A stretch of DNA of 64,000 nucleotides, from positions 68,574,001 to 68,638,000 of the forward strand of contig NW_024704742.1 of NCBI RefSeq assembly GCF_018977255.1, written 5' to 3'. Source of the stretch: Callorhinchus milii (Eukaryota). The notes beneath the pieces were generated by a model, which searched no databases, was not told the origin of the DNA, and saw only the letters and a program-made list of their open reading frames with translations. Shown piece after piece: positions 1 to 11,820 of this stretch; within the stretch, counting starts at the first letter, position 1; every line of letters begins with the position of its first letter. The position numbers and the translations under genes were made by a program.

Positions 1-310
1 TTGAGCACACAATCTCAGATAACACTCCAATGCAATGCTGGGGGTGTAGTGTATCGTTAGAGGTGATGTCCTTCGGATGAATTTGCCTATTCAACTGGAT
101 GTCAACGATCCCATGGCACTATTCGAAAAGAGAAGGGAGTGTCTCCCAGCATGGAGTGGTTGGGCCTAATGGCCTCTTTCTGTGCCATGTCATTCTATGT
201 AATTTTCCCGGTTTCCTGGCTGAGATAAAACTGATCACTCACTCCTCGGCTGTTTGTGGGACATTGCTGTGCGCAAAATAAATGCCATATTAGCCTAAAA
301 AATGAACTGT
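1..310 (+). mobile_element. Deu-domain SINE (SacSINE1/AmnSINE1-like), 5'-truncated by the window edge
   Basis: Deu-type motifs GTCCTTCGGATGA...GATCCCATGGCACTATTCGAAAAGAGAAGGGAG, followed by the GGCTGTTTGTGGGACATTGCTGTGCGC 3' domain. Confidence 0.75.
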
Positions 311-694
311 TACTCGACTTTGCTGTAACAATAACAGCATTCATTTAGTGTCCTTCACATGATATAGCATTTCGGAGAGCTTAACAGTGGTGGATCTTGA
401 CGCCGAACCATAGGGAGGTTGGAGGTGATCGTAAACATAATCTTGAGGAACGTCTTGAGGCATGATGTGAAACTGGGGAAGGAGGGGGCAAGGCAGTGGG
501 ATTGATGGAGAGGTCCAAAGCTTTGGGGTGAAGTGGCTGAAAGCACAGCCACTGCTCGTAGAATGAAAGGGACGAGGGACAAGAAGGAGGCGAAAGCCTG
601 CCGAGTGGAGGCAGCGGGTGGCAGAGGGTTAAGTAACTAGGTCAGAAGATGACAGGGCTTAAAGAAATTTTTAGAATATTTTATTATTATTATT

Positions 695-2560
695 AACAAC
701 AACAAAATAACAAACAACAAAACTACATTTGTATAGAAGAGGAGGGTCTTGAGATAGGTCTTGAAGGAGGCAAGGGAGGGGGCGAGGCAGAGGGACTGTG
801 GGATGGAATTCCAGAAGGTGGGGCAGAGTGGCAGAAGGCCCACCTGCCAATGGTGGGGTGGGCAAGGCAGGGGATGTGAAGCAGGCGGAGGGAGTGGGTA
901 GGATGGTAGGGAGTTAGGAGGTCACAGAGGTAAGGGGGAGCAAGACCATAGAGGGCTTTGAAAGTGAGGACCAAGATCTTGAATTGTATCCTCTGTTTGA
1001 AGCCAGTGGAGTCGGGTGAGGATGGGGGTGAAGGGTTCACAGAGCCTGGTGCAGAAGAGGACCTGGGCTGCAGAGTTCTGGATGATCTGCAGCCTATGGA
1101 GGGAGGAGTTGGTGAGGCCGACAAGCAGGGAGTGTGCGTAGTCGAGCGTGGATATTATGAAAGCATGCATGAGAGTCTCGGTGGCTTGTGATGTCAGACA
1201 GTGGCGGAGCCGGGTGATGTTGCGGAGTTGGAGAAAGGCGGAGTGGGTCATGGCACGGGTGTGGGATATGAAAGACAGTTGAGGGTCAAACAGGGCACTG
1301 AAGTTCCAGACTGGCTCCGTGAGATGCAGAGTGCATCCATGGATGGTGATGCTGTCAGTGCCTGAGGTGTGGAGGCACTGACGGGAGCCAATCAGGAGAG
1401 CCTTGGTCTTATTGACATTCAACTGCAGGAAGTTAGCTCTCATCCAGGACTTGATGTCTGACAGACATTCTGTCAGGACAGCAGTGGTCCTGGAGTCAAG
1501 GGTGGAGGCAGAGAGGTAGAGTTGGGTGTCATCTGCATACATGTGGAAGTTGACCCCATGTCTGTGGATGATGTCACCAAGAGGGAGCATATAGGTATTG
1601 AAGAGGAGGGGACCAAGGACAGAGCCCTGAGGTACACCGCACATGATGGTGCAGGGGCTACAGGAGAAGCCGTTAATGGTGACAAAGTGGAGACGGTGGG
1701 ATAGGTAGGATTCGAACCAGGCACGGACAGGTCCGCAAAGATTGAGTTGAGAGGAGAGCTGGTGCAGGAGGATAGAGTGGTCAACAATGTCGAAGGCAGC
1801 AAAGAGGTTGAGGAGGACAAGGAGGTAGAGGGAGCCGTGGTCGCAGATGTTCAGAATGTTGTTAGTGACTTTGACCAGGGCCTCTTCTGGGCTGTGGGCA
1901 GCACGGAAACCTGATTGAAGAGGTTCAGAGAGGGAATGGCGGGTGAAGAAAGAGTGAAGGTGGGGACATAATGACTTGTTCCAGGGCCTTGGAGAGGAAT
2001 GGGAGGTTGGAGATGGGGTGAAAGCTAGAGAGTAGGGATGGGTCCAGGGAAGGTTTTTGAGGATGGGGGTGATGACAGCTGTTTTTAGGGGTGTGAATCA
2101 ATCCACTTTACAATTTTAGGGAGGTGAACAGTGCCAGTGGATAAGGAGAGGTTGATAATGTTGGTTAAATGAGGGGCCAGGAGGTGGAGCTGGGAGGTGA
2201 GGAGAGAGGTGGGGATGGGGTCGAGGGAGCAGGTGGTGGGCTTCATTTTTAAAGTGATGAGGTGAGGGAAGAGGGGGAGACAGGGTCGAAGCTGTATAGG
2301 GAGGGATGGGTGTGGGCCGGGGCGTGGGGGGGAGGTGGCGAAGGGGTAGAGGTGGACGGGGAGAGACAGCTGAACAAATCGCCTTGATTTTGTAGTCCAA
2401 CATTTCCAGTGAAATTGGAGGAGAGGGTAGGCTGGGGAGAGGGAAGCTGGGGGGAGGAGGTAGTTAGTGGTGGAGAAGAGGAGCCTGGGATTGTCTTTGG
2501 CCTCCAAGATTATCCTGGAATAAAAGGGTGATTTGACGGAGGCGAGGGTGGAGAGGTAAA
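695..2560 (-). mobile_element. L2-clade LINE, degenerate ORF2 (reverse transcriptase)
   Basis: ORF fragments contain TCSLDPIPT, GVPQGSVLGPLLF, HMYADDTQLY, NFLQLNVNKT, LQIIQNSAA and IQFKILVLTFKALYGLAPPYL. Has a (TTG)n tail and frameshifts. Confidence 0.95.
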
Positions 2561-2746
2561 TCTTGATGTGGTGGGGCTTGATTGATTCTCTGTTCCTGAA
2601 GACAGCCACACAGACCCCCACCCCTTCTCTCCCCACATCCTCTCTCTCCCTCCATCCCCTATCTGCCTCCATTCCTTCTCTCCCTCTTTCCACTCTCTCC
2701 CCCCATCCCCTCTCTGCCCCCATCCCCTCTCTCCTCCTCCCCTCAC

Positions 2747-2896
2747 CTGATCAGGTAGCAGCAGAAGAGCAAGCTGAGGATGAAAACAAAGATAGCTGTC
2801 CCGAAGACCACAATGTAGATATTGAGCGGGAGGTTTTGAAACCCTATGTTTGGCATCTTGAAGTTGTCCTTGTTGAGATTCGTGTTCACGGGCAAC
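2747..2896 (-). CDS. RNF24: RING finger protein 24, exon encoding the N-terminal transmembrane segment (150 nt, phase 2 at both ends)
   Basis: Translation [50 protein letters not shown]. From MPNIG onward it matches the vertebrate RNF24 N-terminus as I recall it (the paralogue RNF122 reads MPPISFQDLPLNIYMVIF). Acceptor is (CT)n-TGCTTTAG| at 2897 and donor is AG|GTGAGG at 2746. Confidence 0.95.
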
Positions 2897-2964
2897 CTAA
2901 AGCAGAGAGAGAGAGAGAGAGAGGTCAGTGTTTGCTCTGGTTGCATGAGCAGTCAGTGCTTGGG

Positions 2965-3270
2965 TGTCAGCCTGGCTCAGTGGTAGCACTCTCACCTCTG
3001 AATCAGAAGGTTGTGGGTTCCAGCCCCACTTCTGAACTTTAAACTCCTATAGTCCAGCCTGACATGCCAATGCAACTGAGACGTTAAAGCAAATTCCCAA
3101 CTGTGTCTGTTCAGCTGCATGTTAAAGATTCCCCGTGGCACTGTTCAAAAAGAGAAGGGAGTTTTCCCTCTCCCGGTGTCCTGGTCAATATTCCCCCAAA
3201 TAAATGTAATCATTCACTTCACGCTGGTTTGTGGGACATTATTATGGGCAAAATAGCTGCTTTTTGCAAC
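2965..3270 (+). mobile_element. Deu-domain tRNA SINE
   Basis: Head TGGCTCAGTGGTAGCACTCTCACCTCTGAATCAGAAGGTTGTGGGTTC (A/B boxes) followed by Deu motifs. Confidence 0.8.
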
Positions 3271-3758
3271 TCCAATCAGAGAATCCCTCCCCAGAGACTC
3301 TCCTTCATTCTTTCCCACTATTAAAGTAATAATCAATAATAATCTAAGAATATACTGTAAAGTGAATGACTGTATACGTTGTGGGTGAAACCCAGCAGCA
3401 ATTGCGCACAATGGTGTCCCTCAAATAGTTGTGGACTGAGTGACCAAATTTTAATTTTTAAAGTCTGTCCTACCCAGTGTGATTCAGTTGGGCAATACAG
3501 TTACACACTAAGAAAATACACAGTCACTACACTTTACAGTAAAATTATGTGAAGTGCTTTGAGAGGTCCACTGTTGCAAAAGTAAGGATCATGATCAATT
3601 TTTTGTGGAAAATTGGCTAAAACGTCATCCATTTATACTTATGCCTTGGGTGATTCATACTCAGAACCTCAACTGCAACAACTTGTATTTAGACAGTGCC
3701 CTTCACGTGGGGGTAGCGTCTCGGAGCGTTTAAAACTTCCTGCAGCCTCTAAACTAAA

Positions 3759-4727
3759 GGTGACATCATCCGCAGACATGGGGTTAACTTCCACTGTATG
3801 CGGATGACACCCTTTCCTCCTCTACCCTCAACTCCACGACCACCGATGTCCTGACAGTCTGCCTGTCCGACATCGAGTCCTGGACGAGAGACAACTTTCT
3901 TCAGCTCAACGTGAGTAAAACTGAGGCCCTCCTGATTGGCTCACGTCAGCGCCTCCGCACCTCAGGCGCTGACACCATCAGCATCCAAGGCTGCACTCTC
4001 CACCTCTCAAAGCCGCTCAGGAACCTCGGGGTTCTGTTCGACCCTGAGCTGTCCTTTCTCCCTCATATCTGCGCCACAACAGGCACCGCCTTCCATCACC
4101 TCCGGAATATCGCCAGACTACGGCACTACCTCACCCCTCACGCTGCTGAAACCCTGGTCCACGCCTTTATCACCTCAAGGCTGGACTATGGGAACTCTCT
4201 CCTCGCCGGCCTTCCCGGCACCTCCCTCCACAAGCTGCAGGTCATTCAGAGCTCTGCAGCTCGTGTACTGTCCCGCACCAGACTTCGCGACCACATCACT
4301 CCCACCCTCGCTCGCCTCCACTGGCTCCCCATCCCCCAGAGGATCGAATTCAAGATCCTCATCCTCACCTACAAGGCCATTCACGGCCTCGCTCCCTCCT
4401 ACCTCTCCAACCTACTATCCCCCTACCTACCTGCCCGTACCCTCCGTTCCTCTGGCTCCGGACTGCTCCACATCCCCCGCCCCAACCGCCCTACCATCGG
4501 TGGCCGGGCCTTCAGCCTCTCAGCCCCTAAGCTCTGGAACTCTATCCCGCAGTGCCTTCGCCGCTTCCTCCCTTTCCTCCTTCAAGGCCGGTCTCAAGAC
4601 CTTGACTGTCGCGTTTCGCCCACAAAATACGCAGTCACTACACTTTACAATATATTCTGTGAAGCGCTTTGAGATGTCTCAAAGATGTGATAAGGCGCTA
4701 TATCAAATGCAAGGAATTTTATTGTTA
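3759..4727 (+). mobile_element. L2 ORF2 3' part (3759-4603) fused to a SINE 3' tail (4604-4727)
   Basis: ORF 3911-4672 contains LVHAFITSRLDYGNSLL and LARLHWLPIPQRIEFKIL. The L2 3'UTR is replaced by the SINE tail GTTTCGCCCACAAAA...TATCAAATGCAAGG. Confidence 0.9.
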
Positions 4728-5545
4728 TGAGAAACGTGGAGATAAGTGCCTCAGAAAGGCAATAAAGAGAACGGAAGTAAGACGGGGTGGAGGGGGTGCG
4801 GGGAAATGAGGACGGGGATGGGAGGGAATGGGGGTGGCATTTCCAAAACCTCACCAACTAGGATGCGGTCTGGGTGGTTTATTGCGAACTGTGTCGTGCC
4901 AGTGGTCAAACATCGGTGAACAAAGAGCCTGAACAGAAGTCAAATCACAGTCAGTTAGGGTGACGAGAAACTGAGAGAGAGCCTGGCAACAGGCCAGCAG
5001 TAATATTCCCGCAAGTCCCACCTTCTCTTCAGCAAGTTCACTGCAATGGCACTTTTGGTTTCAGTGTTACTTATTTTAATAATAAGACTTTAGGTATAAA
5101 GCTTTATCACACCATCAAGACTTGGCAAAGAGCTGCACCGCAATTTTTGTAAAGTAATAATCATAATAACAATCCTTGCATTTGATAGAGCACCTTATCA
5201 CATCCTTGAGGTGTCTCAAAACTCCTCACAGGATACTAGTGTAAACTGCAATGCCTGTGTTTTGTGAGCAAAATGCGGCAGCCAGTTGTGCACAGCAGTG
5301 TCTCACAAACTGCCATAGAGTGAGTGACCAATTTTATTTGGGGGATTGTTGGCACCCGGAAAGAGAAATTCCCTTCTCTTTTCGAATAATATTATGGCAT
5401 CATTAACATCCACCTAAACAGACAGACAAGTCTGTTACTTGGTGTAACACCTCCTCCGAAGGATGTCACCTCCGACAATGCAACACCATCCTAGCACTCC
5501 ATTTCTCTTTTGGTTCCCCAGTCAGTATCTTATATTTGCGTCCCC
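4344..5545 (+). repeat. ~1.2-kb local duplication, copy A
   Basis: Colinear with 12665-13859. About two dozen differences by eye. Confidence 0.95.
4855..4928 (-). CDS. RNF24: Candidate upstream RNF24 exon carrying an in-frame ATG (4913); would add MFDHWHDTVRNKPPRPHPSW
   Basis: CTGAC branch-like motif, then TTTGACTTCTGTTCAG| acceptor, a 74-nt exon and a TG|GTGAGG donor. ATG plus 18 codons plus TG ends in phase 2, matching the phase of the 2896 acceptor. No transcript evidence. Confidence 0.55.
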
Positions 5546-5810
5546 TGAGTAGAGAATCTCAAACCAGTGTTAACAGCCTGTTTACCCTTTTATAATTTCA
5601 AACACCTGTATTTGGTCCCCTATTAAACATCAATTGAGTGAAAAAGGCCTAACTTATTCAGTCTATTCTATAGCAGTAACCTGCCAGCCCTGATATCAAA
5701 CCTACGCTGTACTCTTTTCATTGTGCTATATCCTTCTTGTAGTGTGGAGACTAGAATTTAGACACCCATACTCTAAATATGGTCTAACCAAGGTTTTATC
5801 TGAATTCAAC
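5545..5810 (-). mobile_element. Old CR1 LINE ORF2 3' fragment
   Basis: Resembles the CR1 at 20.3-20.6 kb (TCCTTCTTGTAGTGTGG...TACTCTAAATATGGTCTAACCAAGGTTTTAT). Confidence 0.7.
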
Positions 5811-6250
5811 CTCCTCACAGAAAAATCTTGTGTTGTCCCTGGGTTTATTCAGTGCTATGCGTCATGCCATGCATCACCTTAGGATGTCGTCCTGACGGGA
5901 AAGGCGCTATGTAAGAGCAATTTGTTGTTATCATCAATTCCAGACACTGGTGATAAATGACACTTAACCCAACACTGTGTGACATTGTGCAATCTCCTCT
6001 CATTCACAGTCGTGTAACCACATGCACTTTGCCCTGTGTTACACACATAGAAACTTGGAAAATTCTCAGCACAGAAGGAGGCTGTTCAGCCCACTTGGTC
6101 TGTGCCAACATAACACATTGTTATGGCATTAATCTCTGGGTGAGACATTGGTTGGGCCGAATGGCCTGTTTCCGTGCCGTACAGTCTATTGTCCTTCTTC
6201 CCATGTCATTGTGAAATGCTCTGACACGTTATCCTACATGAAGGGCGCCT

Positions 6251-6846
6251 GTAGAGTCCTGTAGCTTATTGGTTAGAGCACTTGCCTGGCAAACGAGAAC
6301 CCGGGTTCAGTTCCCAGGTAGGGCGAAACTTTAGGCAAGTTTTCTTACTCTTTCTCTTTAACCGAGCCTTCAGCTCCCCTCTCGACTCTCTTCCCCCTCC
6401 TCGCTCCCTCCCTTCCCTCCCCTCACCCTGACCATTTCCCCCCTCCTCGCTCCCTCCCTTCCCTCACCCTGACCATTTCCCCCCTGCTCGGGTCATGACC
6501 CAACTGTGCAGCGCCTTGGGACGTCCTCCTGACGTGAAAGGCGCTTTATAAATTGAATCTTGTTGTTGTTGTTACTCAGCATGCCGCTGTTTACCGAGCA
6601 GTAAGTAGGAACCCGGTTGTTAGTCAATTGGTGGATCTCTTTCCGGAGGTAATAATCCCTCCAAAAATAAAAACAATTTGGTCACTCAATCCACAACTGT
6701 TTGTGGACACTGCTGTGCGTAATTGGCTGCCACGTTTTGCCCACAAAATATAAAGAATACACTTTACAGTATATTCTGTGAAGCGCTTTGAGATGTCTCG
6801 ACGACATGATAAGGCACTACATCAGATGTAAGGATTATTATTATTA
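6251..6846 (+). mobile_element. tRNA(Ala)-like SINE (long form) interrupted by an L2 3'UTR insertion (6351-6571) with TSD TTACTC
   Basis: SINE head at 6251-6350. L2 3'UTR ends in (TTG)n. TTACTC occurs at 6345-6350 and 6572-6577, after which the SINE body resumes. Confidence 0.9.
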
Positions 6847-9800
6847 CAAATACAAGATGTTGTTACCCCATGTCCCTGAATATTTTTTACTGATCAGGTT
6901 CTTATCCAGTCCCCTTCTGAACTATTCTTTTCATCCAGTCTCAATAGCCACTTGTGACGACTCAAACAACTCTCTGAGCGAAGAAATTCCTCCCAAATTC
7001 TGTTAATAATCCCGAGACTATGCCCTAGTCGTTGATTCTGCAGTTCAAAACACTCTCCCTCTCTCCAGACACCCGCTTAGGAGAAGCCGAGAACTATGGA
7101 CATGTCACCTGCAAAATGTTAGATGGATCCCTGGAAAAAGCAGCCTCCAAGGTAGTGAGTAAACTGTCCCACACCCATCACCGTGCTTCGAGAAAATTAT
7201 AGTGTCAGTGTGCGGGGTAACCCAGTAAACCTCAGTGTCCAAAGTAATGCAGCGTGTCCTGCCTGAAGGGTCCGTGTAAATATAAGCTGTTGTTTTCCTG
7301 TATCCCTGAATATTTTTGTTTATCCAGGCCTCTACTCAACTATTATTTTGATCCACTCTCAACAGCCACTTGTGAAGATTTGAGAGTAACTCTCACTGTC
7401 CCAGACTAACACAGTACATAAAAACATAAGAATTGTTAGATGAAAGAAAACCAAGGTCCATCCAGTTCGCCTTCCAGCATCCTGCCAGTCGGGTGTACAT
7501 GTTATGCTCCCAAACTATATCCTGTATCCTGAGGTATTATTTCCTAATAGAAATTTATCAGTGAATCTTGGAATGTCAGTAAGCTTCAGTGTCTGGAGTA
7601 ACACAGTTATGTCTCTGGGTCCTGGAGTAATGCAATAAGTGCTAGGGCCCACAGTAACACAGTTAGTCAGCACTGAACATTGACAAGATGTTGCTTCAAA
7701 CAACTTGGCATTGCCAACCCCCCCCCACACACACACTCATCCCTCAACACTACCCCCCTACCTCACACAACAGTCACAGAATCCAGCATATGTTTGCTTG
7801 AAGCAGCCTTGTCTCAGGACTCCACAATAAACCTCCTGGTCCCTCCTTTGCTTTCTGTCTACCTCTCTCCATCTCAGGCCGGAATCTGTCACGTCACTTG
7901 TTTAACCAGTGTAGACATTCGCTCAGTTCTTTAACTCCTTGAGAGCTGGATTTGCAATGTAACTTTCTAAGACTAGGAAGAATTCCTCTGCCCTCATTTT
8001 ACTGTACCTGGGCACAGTAGCGATACTCAGGCAAAGATTAGGGCTACGGCAAATGAGAGAGAGAGAAGAGGGAGAGAGAGAGATGCAGAGAATGTCAGGG
8101 AGGGAGAGAGAGAGAGAGAAACAGACAGATAGACAGACAGAAAGAAAAAAAGGAAGGAAGGAAAAAAATTGAGTGAGAGAAAAAGGGAAATGTATAAATG
8201 CAATTTATTGTTGTTGTTTCTATTGTTAGAGAGGGTCAGAAATAAAGTGAGGGAGAGAGAGAGATAACAAACGGAAAGAGAAAGCGAGAAATAAAGGAAG
8301 TGAGAGTGAGAGAGCGAGAAAATTAGTGAGATAGGGAGAGAGAGGATTTCTCACACTCACTGCTGTCGGCTGCTAGTTTGCCTAAGCTGCACGGTTTCTG
8401 ACACTCAATGTCCACAAACAGCCATGTAGTGAATGACCAACTGTATCTGGGTGATTCTTGGCCACGACACCAGAAGAAATTCCCTTCTCTTTTTTTGAAT
8501 GGTGCCATGTGATCTAACATTCACCTGAATAGGCGACGGAGCTTTAGTTTAAACACCGGACGAACCTGCCACCACCCCAGCAATCTGTGAGCGCCTGCTG
8601 GCTTCCTGCTTGACCTGGCAACCATTTTGTAGCGGGTTCCGTGACAACAACAACTTGCATTTATATATTTTGCTTTTCACACAGGATAGCGTCTTGTGGA
8701 GGGTTGTACAGTGACAGGGTAGGGCACTGAGCAAGAGAGAAGGTAGAAGGGATCATAGGGACGTAGGATTTAAGGATGGATAAAGAGGGGGTGAGGTAGA
8801 GGGATAGTCAGTCCCAGAGGTCAGGGAGGCTGAAGTGGGGTGAGATGTGGCCAGCTCAGCTCCATACGTCAGTGGATGAACTGCACTCACAATTCTCAGT
8901 GTAGGCTGAAGCTTGGGAGTGGGTTAGTCAAATGGCCTGCCTCTCAGCGGAGCAAAGGTAGCACCTTGAAAGATGGTGAGGTAAATGGATTGAACAGAGC
9001 AAATCTCCCCCTCCCAATGCCTGACAACTGTGAAAAGCATTGTACTGTTGTGGGTTCAAGCCTCGCCTTGGGAATTGGAACTCATTTAGACCTTTGGCAC
9101 AATTTGAAAACAGAAGGAAGTTTTTTCCCCATGTTCTGGCCAACAATCCCCCAAATAAACTTGGTCAGTCACTTCAGTGGAGGCTTAGCCTAGACTATAT
9201 GAGTTCAAACTCCCCACCCATCTCTTGGCACAATTGCCTGCATTTATCAATACCTCTCTCCTTGTCTCACTTTTAAAGCCCTCCACGGTCTTGGCTCTCC
9301 CTACCTCTGAACTCTCAAAAACCTTACCAACAAGCCCTCACCCTCCGTTCAGTAGGCACTGGCCTGCCCCATGTCCCCCACCCTCGTCGGTTGGGCCTTT
9401 CTCCTTTCTACCGCCACCTTCGGGTACTGCATCAGGAGCCCCTTACGCTCACCTCCTTCAAGATCCATCACAAGACGTTTCCCTTTGACTGCGCTTTCGG
9501 TCGTCTGCCCCACACCTCCATCGCCAACTTCCTTGGCCTCCACCCGTCTCAAATACCACCTCCAGCTCTGGTACAAATACTCAACTGCCCAATGACTTTG
9601 GATGTCCTCTCAACGTATATCAGTTATTATTGTGGTCAAACCCACAATCTTCTGACCCAAGAGGCGAGAGTGCTCACGACTGAGGCGAACTGATTGGTAA
9701 TCTAGAAGTGCATCACACAGTACTTGGGACGTCTTCCCGACATGAAAGGCGCTATACAAATACAACTTTGTTGTTGTTGTGATCTACTTCAGCCCAGACT

Positions 9801-11100
9801 TTGAACTCAAAGCTCTGCCCACTCGCACACTCTCTCCTTCAAAACCTTCCTTTGTTAGAGGTTAATCCACAAGCTTCTGAGCCAGAGGCAAGAGCACGAC
9901 TGAGATGTTTTGGACTGGAGGACTTTAAAAGTCTTTAAAAGACTTTAAAACTGCTGGGGAGTAAGGGGTTAAGGAGCTCTGGGCCGTTACATTTGGTTGA
10001 ACTTTCATAAAAGAATTACAGAAACTGCTTTGCAAAAGTATGGTCGCACGTCGTTCTCATGGCTTCGGGGGGGAAATAAAAAAAATAAAATCAATCATTT
10101 GTTTCGTGGCTGTTTGTGGGGGACATTGCTGTGCGTGAATCGATTCGCCTACAGAATACACAGTCACTACTGTTTACAGTAAATCCTGGGAAACGCTTTG
10201 AGACGTCCTCCTGTCTTGAAAGGTGCTGTATCAAATGCACAGGACACATAGGAGTGTGTGTGTGTCTGTGTGTTTGTGTGGTGGAACTCTGCAACACTTT
10301 TTCTCTATCCCTCCTCCTTGCCCCTCCTTCCCCATCATCAGGTCGTGTCTGAAAACCTTTGTCTTCGATCGTGTTTACAGTCACCTGGCTCTGGCTCAGC
10401 GCTGTGCTCCGCCACTGTCAAGAGCTCTGGGACGCTATCCTGCGTGAGGAGCTCTGTATAAGTGCAAGTCGATGTTGTGGTGGGAGGGGACATGAGGTCT
10501 GTATTTGTTGCAGGGCCAGTTCCAAAGCACACAAGCCTGCTGTGTGTGGCCTTTCGGCTGTTCGAGGGTCAAGCCATGGCTCAGGCTAAACCGGGGCCTG
10601 CACTCCGTCTGACGTCCCCTCTGTGAACCCGTACCTCTCTGTCCTTTCCTCTTTTGCTGAGTTAATTAAAGTCTTCAGACAGGAATTTACAGATTAATGT
10701 TTATTTAAGAAAGGCTTTGGCATAGTTTGGTTCAAAGTGCATCCAGCTTTACTGGAACTACACAACAGTGGGGGGGTGGAAACAGGAGGAGGGAGGGAGG
10801 GGAGATAGGCCACGAGTGAGTTATTGTGTGAGGCAGGTCATTGTCATGTAAGCACCAGCCTCACCAATACTCACGTTAGCTGGTTAGTGGGGTTCAATGA
10901 CCACTGGTTCAACAGCTCAGCCTGGCTGAGTCTGTACCACTCTCACCTCTGGATCATAAGATTATGGTTTCAAGCCCCTTTAAGCTCACAGTCTAGCCTG
11001 ACATTCCAGTGCTGTGCTGGGGGGAACACTGCAGTGTTGGAGATATCGTGCTTCAGATGAGATGTTAAACCGAGGTCTTGTCTGTCTGTTCAGGTGGATA

Positions 11101-11465
11101 ATAATAATAATAATCCTTGCATTTGATATAGCGCCTTATCACGTCTTCATGACAACTCAAAGCGCTTCACAGAATATACTGTAAAGTGAATTGGCTGTAT
11201 ATTTTGTGGCCAAAACAGGGCAGCCAATTGTGCACAGCAGTGTCCCACAGACAGTTGTGAATTGAGTGTCCAATTTATTATTATTATTTTTTTTAAAGGA
11301 ATTATTACCCCCGGAAAAGTAGTCCACCAATCAACTAACAACCGAGTTCCGACTTACTGCTTGGTAAAAACAGGCTTGTGGAGTAAGGAAACATGCCTAA
11401 TGGAATCGACACAGGTCATTTGCTTGTGAGGCGAGTGCTCTAACCACTGAGCTACAGGACTCCAC
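11101..11465 (-). mobile_element. tRNA(Ala)-like SINE, long form
   Basis: GGAGTCCTGTAGCTCAGTGGTTAGAGCAC head and (ATT)n tail. Confidence 0.9.
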
Positions 11466-11699
11466 AACAGGATGTTAAAGGTACTGTGAAAGTTCTATTT
11501 GGAAAAGGGAATCTTTCCTGGTGTCCTGGCCAACAATCCTCCAGATAAAATGTACATTCTCCTCCTGACTACTTGTGGGGCATTGGTGTGGACAAATTAG
11601 CTGCTGCATTCACCAACAAATATACAGTCACTACCATTTTACAGAAAGGACTTTACAGAAGTGGATCAAAATAACATTTATGAATGTATGTAAAAGCAC

Positions 11700-11820
11700 A
11701 CATCTCTCATGCACCCCTCCCTCTCTCAAACCTCTCTCTGACATCCCTATCTCTCTCTCTGACACCTCTCTCTCTCCCTCTGATACCTCTATCTCTCTCT
11801 CTGACACCCCTCTTTCTCTG
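11700..11820. repeat. CT-rich ~20-22-bp tandem repeat
   Basis: Repeated CTCTCTCTGACACC-like units. Confidence 0.7.

Noticed and set aside
2200..2360. G-quadruplex-like G-runs
   Set aside because: This is the reverse complement of C-rich L2 ORF2 sequence, so the element explains it.
2743..2946. ORF-track start [16 protein letters not shown] for RNF24
   Set aside because: It reads through the intronic (CT)n tract and the AG acceptor at 2897, so it is most likely intron.
2563..3042. 159-aa plus-strand ORF
   Set aside because: It is the antisense shadow of the RNF24 exon plus low-complexity and SINE sequence.
8355..8400. Minus-strand GTGAGT donor as an RNF24 exon end
   Set aside because: The upstream sequence is a Deu-SINE body with no acceptor.
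9921..9950. GACTTTAAAA-GTCTTTAAAA-GACTTTAAAA quasi-palindromic triplet (similar short repeats at 22783-22828 and 44281-44333)
   Set aside because: Short slippage or hairpin duplications with no sign of function.
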